Under the pieces are notes generated by a model, which ran no database searches, was not told the origin of the DNA, and worked only from the letters and a program-made list of their open reading frames with translations. A DNA stretch of 64,000 nucleotides from an uncultured Spirochaetota bacterium (lineage in GTDB: Bacteria > Spirochaetota > UBA4802 > UBA5550): NCBI GenBank assembly GCA_963827275.1, contig CAWHAA010000004.1:96001-160000 (forward strand), given 5' to 3'. This document shows, one piece after another, positions 1 to 8,715 of the stretch. Made by a program: the position numbers and the translations under genes. Numbering within the stretch: position 1 is the first letter of the stretch; every line of letters begins with the position of its first letter.

Positions 1-94
1 CCTCGGGCGCGAAGGTTTCGGGCGTGACGTCTTCAAGCTTCAGCTCATCGATAAGGATTTCCGCCACGCGGATAACTATCTTCTTGTCAGCCAT
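1..94 (-). CDS. Acyl carrier protein (5' part, runs off window start)
   Basis: Not in the ORF track. The minus strand reads ATG at 94, MADKKIVIRVAEILIDELKLEDVTPETF..., a typical ACP helix 1. GGAGGA RBS upstream (tcctcc at 104-109). Confidence 0.75.
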   Translation of the reverse strand, partial: MADKKIVIRVAEILIDELKLEDVTPETFAPE

Positions 95-136
95 ATGCTA
101 TCGTCCTCCAGTGGATCATTCAATTAAGGAAAGGGC

Positions 137-508
137 TCAATCTTTGCGCGGCGCCGTCACCATGGTGCCGTTGCACGCGACCTGCCCGTTAACCGTCACC
201 CTGAACTTGTACGCGGCAGGATCATTCGCATCCGGCTCCGCGGTGCACCTGATCGTGTCTGATGGCCTGATCATCTGCCTGAACCGTACCCGCTTTATCG
301 CGACGATTTCGATGTGCCGGCCGCCCCGTGCCGCGTTTTCACGCAGCATGTCGGAAACGATCGCGAGCTGCGCGATGCCGGGAAGAATCGGTGAGCCGGG
401 GAAATGGCCGTCGAACCAGAGAGAATCAGGGGCCACTGTCGTTTCGGCTGATATCTCGATTGAATCGGACTCATACAGGTTCTTCAACTGGTGCCAGGTC
501 GTGTTCAT
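137..508 (-). CDS. Hot-dog 3-hydroxyacyl-ACP dehydratase (ApeI/FabZ-like)
   Basis: WFDGHFPGSPILPG motif; 123 aa; PKS/FAS context. Confidence 0.85.
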   Translation of the reverse strand: MNTTWHQLKNLYESDSIEISAETTVAPDSLWFDGHFPGSPILPGIAQLAIVSDMLRENAARGGRHIEIVAIKRVRFRQMIRPSDTIRCTAEPDANDPAAYKFRVTVNGQVACNGTMVTAPRKD

Positions 509-635
509 TCGGGTGCATTGCGCGTTCAGCCGGTGCGCGTGCCTTGCCTATACAAATTAAATTTTTTATCCATTCGACGCGTTAAAGGCGAGTTTACTAC
601 AATAAAAGGCGACGGGCATGTCAAGAAAAAAAACT

Positions 636-2108
636 TCAGCCCGGGGTGTGCTGTCTGCGCGCCAGCACTTCCAGCAGGATGCCGCCCGCGCAAGGCATCC
701 TCAATACGTGGGTGGCGGTTCGCTCCGGGGCGAAACCGGCAGCGATGAGGTCCTTTCGGACGCCCCGTTCTGTCCTGGCGTGCAGCCATATGCCCTGGCG
801 CATCGCATTGCCCACCTGGGTGAATAACCTGAAAAATGAGCGGTGCGCCGTGGTGAAGTAAAAGACGCCGCCCGGCCGCACGTGCGCCGCTACCGTCTTA
901 AACAGCGCGCCGAGGTCGGGGATGTATTCGAATGATGAGAAGGAACAGACCGCGTCATAGGGTCCCGGGAGGGCCGCTGACCCGATGTCCCCCTGCAGGG
1001 GGATGATGTTCTCGATACGCTCTTTCGCGGCTTTTTCCGAAAGCGCGGCAAGCATGCCGGCGGAGAGATCGACCGCGGTGACCTCGCGGCACCTCCGGGC
1101 GATCGGAATGGTGAAGATGCCGGTGCCGGCGCCGATTTCAAGGACACGGTCGCCCGGCCCTACCAGTCCCAGGAAATTTTCCCCGAACAGCTCCCGCTCC
1201 TTCACCGCGGCCGGCGGAGCGCCCGGGCCGCCCTGCGCTTCGTCGTAGCTGCGGGCAATGCCGTCGTAAAAGGAGTGCACCGGGCCGGCGGCGGGCCGGC
1301 CGGGGCCCGCGGTCATGACCTGGCGTTCCAGCAGGGACGAGAGGGGGACGATCTCCAGTCCCTTTATTTTAAGGCCGGAGAGCACCTTTTCCATTTCACC
1401 GAGCCACCGGTCCGCATCGAAGCTGCTTCCCGGCGCGACATCATGGAGGAGGATGATATCGCCCGCCCGCGCTCTTTTTAAAATTTTTTCCGAGAGCGCG
1501 CTGATCCTGCGGTTGCCGGCGTCGCGGGCGCGGCAGCTGAAATTGACGCAGAACATCCCTGCCCCGAGCAGGACGCGCCAGAGCCGGGGGCTGGTGATCC
1601 CCACCGGCGGCCGGAACGCGAGAGGCGTGACGCCGGCTTTCCGCAGTTCGGACTGCGCGGCCGCGATCTCGTCCCGCAGCGCCGCGGCGCCCTTCAGCAT
1701 GAGCAGCGGAGAATGATTGCAGGAATGGTTCCCGATTTCGTGCCCGCGCGCGAGGATCTCCCGCACCAGGCCGGGATATGCTTCCGCGCGCCGGCCGGTG
1801 ACGAAAAATGCGGCGTGGACGCCGTGCCGCGCCAGGAGGTCAAGGAGCCGGGGCGTCGTCGCAGGGTCAGGCCCGTCGTCGAAGGTGAGCGCGACCGCGG
1901 CGCGCGTCGTGTCTCCCCGGCTGATCACCGGGAGAAAAAATTTCGAGCGGGGGAAGAAGGGCGCGGCGAGGCAGGCGAGGACGAAGAGAACGAGCGGCGC
2001 CGCGGCGAAACGGAGGTCGACGAACGCGAGCGCGGCCGCAAGCTGGAACGCGCCGATGCCCGCAAGGTGGGCGGGGGCAAGCGGGACGAGTGTCGGGCCC
2101 GCGCTCAT
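636..2108 (-). CDS. Polysaccharide deacetylase (NodB/CE4) fused to class I SAM methyltransferase
   Basis: N-terminal TM segments; LTFDDGP, HEIGNHS, FRPP and ILLHD motifs; C-terminal VLEIGAGTG SAM-binding motif. Confidence 0.85.
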   Translation of the reverse strand: MSAGPTLVPLAPAHLAGIGAFQLAAALAFVDLRFAAAPLVLFVLACLAAPFFPRSKFFLPVISRGDTTRAAVALTFDDGPDPATTPRLLDLLARHGVHAAFFVTGRRAEAYPGLVREILARGHEIGNHSCNHSPLLMLKGAAALRDEIAAAQSELRKAGVTPLAFRPPVGITSPRLWRVLLGAGMFCVNFSCRARDAGNRRISALSEKILKRARAGDIILLHDVAPGSSFDADRWLGEMEKVLSGLKIKGLEIVPLSSLLERQVMTAGPGRPAAGPVHSFYDGIARSYDEAQGGPGAPPAAVKERELFGENFLGLVGPGDRVLEIGAGTGIFTIPIARRCREVTAVDLSAGMLAALSEKAAKERIENIIPLQGDIGSAALPGPYDAVCSFSSFEYIPDLGALFKTVAAHVRPGGVFYFTTAHRSFFRLFTQVGNAMRQGIWLHARTERGVRKDLIAAGFAPERTATHVLRMPCAGGILLEVLARRQHTPG

Positions 2109-3448
2109 CTGATCATGTGCTCCCAGAGCGGCCCGGCGTGGCCCTGCTTGTGGAGGCGCGCCACGAGCCGGGTGGTGTGCCTCCCGCCCGCGCCGACGAA
2201 CCAGTTTTCCCTGCCGCGCGCCCGTTCCTCAACGAGTGCGTAGATCTCGTCGCTCCCGATCTCCCTGGATTGGTAGAAGACCGGCTCGAGCAGGTCTTCC
2301 GCCGCCGCGATCTGCCCTTCTTCAAGCGCGATGTCGTAGAGCTTCGTGTGCGGGTAGATCCTGATCCCGCAGAAGAAAAAGATCACGGTGCGCTCGAGCC
2401 GCTCCGCGTTTGCAAGAGTTGCCTCCACCGTGTCGCGCGTTTCGCCCGGCCCTCCCAGGAGGAGGTAGTGCGCGGCGTAGAGGCCCGCGCCGGTCGCGGC
2501 CCGGTGCGCTTCATACACGTCATCCACGCCAAAGGGCTTCCGGTACGAGGCGAGCATGGGAGCGGAGAGGGACTCGGTACCGAACTCGGCGTGGGTCATG
2601 CCCGCGTCCCGGAGGAGCCGGTAGTAGTCCGCCGGCGGCTTCGTGGGCGCGACGAAGGCGCCCCATGGGATGGCAACGCCTTTCTTCATGAACGCCCGGG
2701 CCACCTCCGCGCTGTGGGCATAGTCGCAGTTGAACGCTGAATCGGTGATGAAGAAATATTTCGCGCCCGCGCGCTCGAGGGAGAGCGCCGTGTCCGCTAT
2801 TTCATCCGCGGGCACCGGCCGGAGCGCGGACCCCTCGATGTGGGGATAGGTGCAGTAGATGCAGTTATATGAGCAGCCGCGCTTGGTCTGGAGGTTCAGC
2901 ATGCCGCCGTGCTCGATGTAAAATTGCGCGATCGGGCCCCCGTCGAAGCTCCTCCCGAACCGGCTATCAAGCGGCGGGGGATAGGCGCTGCCGGATGACC
3001 GGGTGATGACGCCCGGCAGCGCGGCGGGGTCTTTCTTTTCTTCGAGGGCGTCAAGGAGAAGCGCCATGCGCTCTCCTTCGCCGATGATCCCGTAATCGGC
3101 CCCCAGGGCCTTCATCATCTGCTCGGGGAAGATGGTGAAGCCGCTCCCGCCGAGGACGATCGGCGCGCCTGAATGCGCCCGTATCGCATCAACGAGCTCG
3201 CGGTACCGCGCGACGTAGCCCCGTGACTCATGCACATCCGTGTTATCGATGTTACGGAGGGATATGCCGATCACGTCCGGGCCGAACTCCCTGATACTGT
3301 CGAGTATGCTGCCGGCGCCGCCTGCCGGGTTGATGTCCGCCCGCTTCACCTCGTGCCGCGTCAGGGCGCCGGCGACATAGTCGAGCCCCAGGGGATAGAT
3401 GTAGTAGGGCGCGCGCACGGTGTTGGCTGATATGAGAAGTACTTTCAT
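2105..3448 (-). CDS. Lipid-biosynthesis B12-binding radical SAM protein
   Basis: N-terminal cobalamin-binding domain (YPLGLDYVAG, GISLRNIDN, GGSGF, GEGE) and CxxxCxxC motif (GCSYNCIYC). Confidence 0.88.
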   Translation of the reverse strand: MKVLLISANTVRAPYYIYPLGLDYVAGALTRHEVKRADINPAGGAGSILDSIREFGPDVIGISLRNIDNTDVHESRGYVARYRELVDAIRAHSGAPIVLGGSGFTIFPEQMMKALGADYGIIGEGERMALLLDALEEKKDPAALPGVITRSSGSAYPPPLDSRFGRSFDGGPIAQFYIEHGGMLNLQTKRGCSYNCIYCTYPHIEGSALRPVPADEIADTALSLERAGAKYFFITDSAFNCDYAHSAEVARAFMKKGVAIPWGAFVAPTKPPADYYRLLRDAGMTHAEFGTESLSAPMLASYRKPFGVDDVYEAHRAATGAGLYAAHYLLLGGPGETRDTVEATLANAERLERTVIFFFCGIRIYPHTKLYDIALEEGQIAAAEDLLEPVFYQSREIGSDEIYALVEERARGRENWFVGAGGRHTTRLVARLHKQGHAGPLWEHMIR

Positions 3449-5613
3449 CGTTCCTTCGCGGTAATTTCGAATGCGGTCACGAAGGGCCCGAGGCCGAGCA
3501 CGAGTATGCCCGTTTCGCCGAGCGGGCGGTCGGCGCCGCCGGCGATCGCGCCGGGCAGTATCCCCTCACCGGCGAGGCGCGCCGCTACCGCTGCCGCCGC
3601 GGCCGACGACGAGGCAAATTCTCCCAGCAGCGCACGGTAGTCGATGACCGGGCCGGCGAAGCCGGCGGTGGCAATAAATGCCCGGAGCTGTGTTTCGCAG
3701 GTTTCGCGCGATGCGCCCGGCAGGCCGGCAAATACCGCGGCGTAGGCTGCCCTGATCCGCGCCGGCCCGCCCAGGACCGAGACGAGAGAATCGATGACGC
3801 CGGGATTCCCCGACGCATTCTCGAAAAAGAGGGGGGTGATGCCCGTATTTGAGTGAGCGTCAGACCGTTTCAGGACAAGGGCGCCGCCGCCGTCAGCGGG
3901 GACAGCCGCGCGCCGGGCCGATCCGTCGAAGAGCGGCGACAGGATCTCATGGTGCTCGTCGGCGCCCATCACGAGAAGATCGCCGCCGCCCGCGGCAAGG
4001 GTGGCGGCCAAGAGGGCCTCCTCGAAGGAGTAATCGCCGCCGGTGACGGTGATGTTGGCCCCGGTCGCCTTGAGCCAGATGGCCGCCTGGCCGGCCGGCG
4101 CGTTGTGCACGGAGCCCACGAAGTCGGTCGGGCTGGTGTACTGCTCGTCCGATTCGAACAGCTTTGAGAGAAAGTCGTGCGTCTCCGACAGGGGCCCCCA
4201 GGCCGTGCCGAAAAAGATATCGGACGGGGAGCCGGCGCCGCTGGCGCGCGCGTCCATCGCCAGGGAGACCGCGAGCCGCGGCAGGCGCTTGAGGCGCCTG
4301 ACGTCCCGGGGCGGGAGCTTCTTCGATATATCGGCGAGCGGCAGGAGGCCGCGGCATTCCTTTCCTTCTTTCAGGTTCGCGATCGTCGCGTCAAGGTCGC
4401 CCGCGCCGGTCACGCAGGAGGCACCCCGCACCTCAAAGCGCGATGTAGCGCGCTTCGGCCGGGGAGCGCGGTCCGCGGCCGGTGTGCCGAGGACCAGGCA
4501 GGCGTTGTTGCCGCCGAAACCGAGGGAGTTTGAGAGCACTGCGGATATTTTCAATTCGCGCGGTTCAAGGAGTGGCGTGACGCCAAGGTCCGGGTCCGGC
4601 TCGGAGCACCCGGTGTTGGCGGGCAGGAAGCCGTCCCGGAGGGCGATGGAGCATATCACCGCCTCTATGGCGCCGGCCGCTGCGAGGGAATGGCCGGTGG
4701 CGCCCTTGACTGACGAGAGGGGGGGATGGTCCGCGCCGAAGAGGGAGCGGACCGCGCGGCTTTCGGCGCGGTCATTGTCGACGGTGCCGGTCCCGTGGAG
4801 ATTGATATAGCCGATGTCGGCGGCGGGGACCCCCGCGTCACCGATGGCCGCTGTCATCGCGGCGAGGGCCCCCTCGCCGTCGGGGTGGGGGCTTGCCGGG
4901 TGGTAGGCGTCGCAGCTCAATCCCCCGCCGATGACCTCGGCGATCGCGTGCGCCGGTACGGATTCCGCGGCCTCGAGCAGGAGCATGGCGGCGCCCTCGG
5001 CAACGGACATGCCGCGGCGCGAGCGGTCGAGGGGCCGCGCCCCGGACGGGTCGATGAGCTGCAGCGAATTAAACCCGTAGTAGGTGAGGCGGCAGAGGGC
5101 GTCAGCCCCGCCGGCGATCACGCGCCGCGCCTTCCCGCTCCTGATCAATTCAAGCGCGAGGATGATTGCGGCGGTCCCTGACGAGCAGGCGGTGGTTATT
5201 GTGAGGACGGGCCCGCGGCACCCGAACGCGCCGGCGATATATTCTGCGACGGATGAGGTCGAATGATACCGGTAGGCGGCGGGGACAGTCTCCCCGGCGC
5301 GCAGGAGCTCCTCGGTACGCGGCATGCCGCCGGTGGTGGTGCCGATAATGACCGCGTCGGGAACGATGTCCTTCCCCGGACAGGCTTCCTGCGCCGCTGC
5401 AAGCGCAAACCGGTGCGTGCGCGGCATCATGGGTTCGGGCAGGTCGCCGGTGAATTCCCCCGCGGGGAGAATGTTCCCCGGCGATACGGGAAAGAGGCCG
5501 ATCGGCCTGATGCCGGAGCGGTTTTTTTTCAGCGCGTCGCGATGCGCCTCCGCGCCGTTTCCCAGCGGGCTCAGGACGCCCATGCCCGTGATGAAGACCC
5601 TGACGCCGTCCAC
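3445..5613 (-). CDS. Beta-ketoacyl-ACP synthase fused to a chain-length-factor-like KS domain
   Basis: The N-half has the catalytic TACSS, HGTGT and GHS motifs and FGGNN. The C-half is a KS N-terminal-like domain (SPTDFVGSVHNAPAG) lacking the catalytic Cys. Confidence 0.88.
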   Translation of the reverse strand: MDGVRVFITGMGVLSPLGNGAEAHRDALKKNRSGIRPIGLFPVSPGNILPAGEFTGDLPEPMMPRTHRFALAAAQEACPGKDIVPDAVIIGTTTGGMPRTEELLRAGETVPAAYRYHSTSSVAEYIAGAFGCRGPVLTITTACSSGTAAIILALELIRSGKARRVIAGGADALCRLTYYGFNSLQLIDPSGARPLDRSRRGMSVAEGAAMLLLEAAESVPAHAIAEVIGGGLSCDAYHPASPHPDGEGALAAMTAAIGDAGVPAADIGYINLHGTGTVDNDRAESRAVRSLFGADHPPLSSVKGATGHSLAAAGAIEAVICSIALRDGFLPANTGCSEPDPDLGVTPLLEPRELKISAVLSNSLGFGGNNACLVLGTPAADRAPRPKRATSRFEVRGASCVTGAGDLDATIANLKEGKECRGLLPLADISKKLPPRDVRRLKRLPRLAVSLAMDARASGAGSPSDIFFGTAWGPLSETHDFLSKLFESDEQYTSPTDFVGSVHNAPAGQAAIWLKATGANITVTGGDYSFEEALLAATLAAGGGDLLVMGADEHHEILSPLFDGSARRAAVPADGGGALVLKRSDAHSNTGITPLFFENASGNPGVIDSLVSVLGGPARIRAAYAAVFAGLPGASRETCETQLRAFIATAGFAGPVIDYRALLGEFASSSAAAAAVAARLAGEGILPGAIAGGADRPLGETGILVLGLGPFVTAFEITAKER

Positions 5614-5620
5614 TGTGACG

Positions 5621-5878
5621 TCACCCCCTGCGGTGCGCGTGAATGTATTCCGCGAGCGTTTTCAGCGTCGTAAAGACCTTCTGTCCCAGCTCCTTGTTGT
5701 CGATCTTTATGCCGTAATCCCTGTCGATCATCATGGCAAGCTCGAGCACGTCGATCGAATCGAGGCCCAGCTTTCCGCCGACCAGCGGGTCGTCATCGAT
5801 GAAGTCCCGCGGGGTCACGTCGATCAGGTCCAGGGTGGTTATGATCTTGTCCTTGAGTTCAGCAAGCAATTCTTCCAT
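5621..5878 (-). CDS. Acyl carrier protein
   Basis: LGLDSIDVLEL phosphopantetheine site; 85 aa, acidic. Confidence 0.92.
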   Translation of the reverse strand: MEELLAELKDKIITTLDLIDVTPRDFIDDDPLVGGKLGLDSIDVLELAMMIDRDYGIKIDNKELGQKVFTTLKTLAEYIHAHRRG

Positions 5879-6020
5879 CTGAGACCTCGCATGTCGGGTA
5901 TCACAACAATATCGGAAAAGGGTTTTTGCTTATCGACGGTATGTCAAGATATTTTTATTGACATCAATCCTCCGGTGGCCGTAGGGTATCGTACCGCGCA
6001 GTGCGGGCAGGTGTTACAGA

Positions 6021-6446
6021 ATGATGAATATTGACATTGAAAAACTGCTTCCTCACCGGAATACGATGAAGCTCATCGGCGAGGTCGTCGAAGTCAACGA
6101 CGAGCGGTGCATCACCGCCTCGACCGTTTCGTCCCGGTGGCCCCTTTTTTCAGACGGGCATGTTGACCCCCTCATCCTTATCGAGCTCGCGGCCCAGACG
6201 GCCGGGGTGAATTTCGGGTGGCATGAAATGATGAACAATTCGCCCGTGGAGCAGCTGGGCTGGATCGTGGGGATAAAAAATGCGGAATTTTATCTGGGCC
6301 GGATACCCCTCGACGCGAAAATCGTTGTTTCCGTCGAAGAAAAAACCAAGAGCGACAACTACGTGGTGATTGCGGGTACGGCGCATGTCGGTCCTGAATG
6401 TATTGGAAGGATGGAGCTCCAGGTCTATCGCGCCGAATATGATTGA
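6021..6446 (+). CDS. Hot-dog dehydratase (ApeP-like)
   Basis: LLPHR...LIE(L)AAQ hot-dog motifs; adjacent to the ketoreductase. Confidence 0.8.
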   Translation: MMNIDIEKLLPHRNTMKLIGEVVEVNDERCITASTVSSRWPLFSDGHVDPLILIELAAQTAGVNFGWHEMMNNSPVEQLGWIVGIKNAEFYLGRIPLDAKIVVSVEEKTKSDNYVVIAGTAHVGPECIGRMELQVYRAEYD

Positions 6447-6466
6447 TACCAGGGAGGAGTAACGCG

Positions 6467-7204
6467 ATGAGCGAAGCAGCGGGAAAAAAAGTGGCCATCG
6501 TCACCGGCGGGAGCCGGGGCATCGGCCGCGCCATAGCCCTGGAGATGGCGCGCGCCGGCTACCATGTCATAATCAACTACCGCTCGAATGACGCTGCCGC
6601 CGCGGAGGTCCTCGGGTCCGTACAGGGCGCGGGGGGAACGGGGGAAATCGTGAAGTTTGACGTTTCCGATCCGGCGCAGGCCGCGCCTGCGATGGAAGAA
6701 ATTCTTGCGCGCCACCCCGTTATCGACGCGCTCGTGAACAACGCGGGGATCACCGCGGACAACCTCTTCCTCCTGATGTCGGAACAAGAATGGGACTCGG
6801 TGATCGCCACCACCCTGAAGGGCTTCTATAACATCACCAAGCCGGTGCTGAAAAAGATGCTCCGCCAGAAGCGGGGCTCGGTGGTTTCGATCGCGTCCGT
6901 GGCGGGGCTCGTGGGCAACAAGGGACAGGCGAACTACTCGGCGGCAAAGGCCGGGCTTATCGGCGCGAGCCGCTCCATCGCGTCAGAGCTGGCAAAAAAG
7001 AACGTCAGGGTGAACGTGGTGGCGCCCGGCCTCATCGAGACCGACATGATCAAGGAAGCGCCCGTTGAAATGATTAAGAACATTATCCCCATGGGGAGGA
7101 TCGGGAAGCCGGAGGAGGTGGCGAAGGTGGTGCGGTTCCTCTGCTCCGACGACGCCTCCTACATCACCGGGCAGGTGATCGGGGTCAACGGCGGGATGAT
7201 GTAG
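6467..7204 (+). CDS. fabG: 3-oxoacyl-ACP reductase
   Basis: TGGSRGIG, NNAG, YSAAK, NVVAPG and ITGQ motifs; GGAGG RBS before ATG 6467. Confidence 0.92.
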   Translation: MSEAAGKKVAIVTGGSRGIGRAIALEMARAGYHVIINYRSNDAAAAEVLGSVQGAGGTGEIVKFDVSDPAQAAPAMEEILARHPVIDALVNNAGITADNLFLLMSEQEWDSVIATTLKGFYNITKPVLKKMLRQKRGSVVSIASVAGLVGNKGQANYSAAKAGLIGASRSIASELAKKNVRVNVVAPGLIETDMIKEAPVEMIKNIIPMGRIGKPEEVAKVVRFLCSDDASYITGQVIGVNGGMM

Positions 7205-7211
7205 ATTCACG

Positions 7212-7404
7212 CCCCCCTGTCCCCCGCAGGGGGCACGGATAATGGAGTTGAATTCCCCCCTGTCCCCCGCAGGGGGCACGAAAGAGGGGGCTGAGTATTA
7301 ATGATGAAGATATGAGAGATTTTGATCAGCTTTTTTAAGATCAAGAATTAATTAATAGATAAAGCTTAATCCTTCATGCCCCCTGCGGGGGATAGGGGAG
7401 AATT
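7212..7404. repeat. REP/MITE-like element: 26-bp direct repeat plus inverted copy
   Basis: cccccctgtcccccgcagggggcacg at 7212-7237 and 7255-7280; a near-perfect inverted copy at 7375-7400 flanks an AT-rich core. Confidence 0.8.
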
Positions 7405-7445
7405 GATATGATTATGAATGTGGTCATGTGAGACGGGTGGTATTA

Positions 7446-8063
7446 ATGAGAAGATATTCTATCGCAAATTTTATTATTCGTATTTCCATCCTCCTCCTCT
7501 GCCTCTCTTTCACAGGCTGGGGCGACTCGTGGGACCAGATCAAAACAACGGCAACAAGCATCAGCTCCGTGCAGGCAGAGTTCACGCAGAAAAAGCATAT
7601 GGAGATCCTGGCAAGGCCGCTCGTTGCCAGGGGGAAGCTCTATTTCAAGGTGCCGCGGTCATTGCGCTGGGAATACCTCACCCCCGTTAACAGCATACTC
7701 CTGATGCACGGCGGGTCCGTGACGCGCTACGTCAGGAAGGGCGGATCGGTGACCAGGGACTCCTCCGCGCAGCTCCAGTCGATGCAGATCGTGCTCCAGG
7801 AGATCACCCTCTGGATGAAGGGGGACTTCGACGCGAACCCGTCGTTCAGGCCGGAGCTCAGGCCGGGGCGGATCATTGTGCTTACGCCGAAAGAAAAATC
7901 GATGGCCGACATCATCCAGCGCATCGAGCTGAAGCTGTCATCGGAGCCGGGCGTGATACGGTCCGTGACCATCTATGAGAGCAAAAAGTCATACACCGTG
8001 ATAGATTTCACCCGGGTGACGATGAACGCGCCGCTCCCCGAGTCCCTGTTCAGGGGCCTGTGA
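7446..8063 (+). CDS. LolA-family outer-membrane lipoprotein/lipid carrier
   Basis: Signal peptide; AEFTQKK...GKLYF..P..LRWEY..P LolA-fold pattern. Confidence 0.85.
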   Translation: MRRYSIANFIIRISILLLCLSFTGWGDSWDQIKTTATSISSVQAEFTQKKHMEILARPLVARGKLYFKVPRSLRWEYLTPVNSILLMHGGSVTRYVRKGGSVTRDSSAQLQSMQIVLQEITLWMKGDFDANPSFRPELRPGRIIVLTPKEKSMADIIQRIELKLSSEPGVIRSVTIYESKKSYTVIDFTRVTMNAPLPESLFRGL

Positions 8064-8711
8064 TGCGGTCACCGGCCGCCGTCCTCATACTGCCGCTCGC
8101 CCTCGCCTGCGCGGGACTTCCCCGCATCACGCCCGGGGGCGAAAAAGAAAAAGCGGACATCGTGAAGGGAAGCCTCGCGCCGTTCCTGACGTCTCCGCGG
8201 CGGCTCGTCCACTCGATAGACGGCACCCTCCCCGGGGGCTCCCGCGCCACCCTGATCGGCATCTCCGCGGCAGAACCGGGCACCGGTAAAATCCGCTGCA
8301 CGCTGATGTCGATCGAGGGACTGGTGCTCCTCGACGCGGTGTACGACGGTACGCTCGCCATCAACAGGGGAATCGGCCCCCTCGCGAAGCCCGACCTGGT
8401 CAGGGGGATGCTGCGCGACATACGGCTCATCCTCTTCAGGCCGGCCGGAGCGGTCGAGGATGCGGGCGTGCTCCGTGACGGGAGCCGCGCCTGCCGGTAC
8501 CGTTCAGGCGAAGGGGTGATTGATGTCGATCATTAAAGAAGGCGGGGCGATAGAATTGATTTCATATGACGGGTCGTCGAAAGCAGTGCGGCGGGTGGTT
8601 TTTTCAGACGAACGTAAAAACGGCGTGCCGGCGACTATCCGGCTCACCGCGTCAGGGATGTTCGGTTATACGCTGGACCTTGACCTGATCGAAGCGGAGC
8701 CCCTGCGCTGA
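8063..8711 (+). pseudogene. Lipoprotein (possibly LolB-fold), split by one frameshift near 8530
   Basis: Lipobox LALAC. ORFs 8060-8536 and 8520-8711 join if one base is removed in gatgtcgatcatt. May be a sequencing error. Confidence 0.6.
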
Positions 8712-8715
8712 ATGT

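Noticed and set aside
7212..7404. Possible CRISPR array
   Set aside because: Only two direct copies with a 17-bp gap plus one inverted copy; no cas genes in the window.
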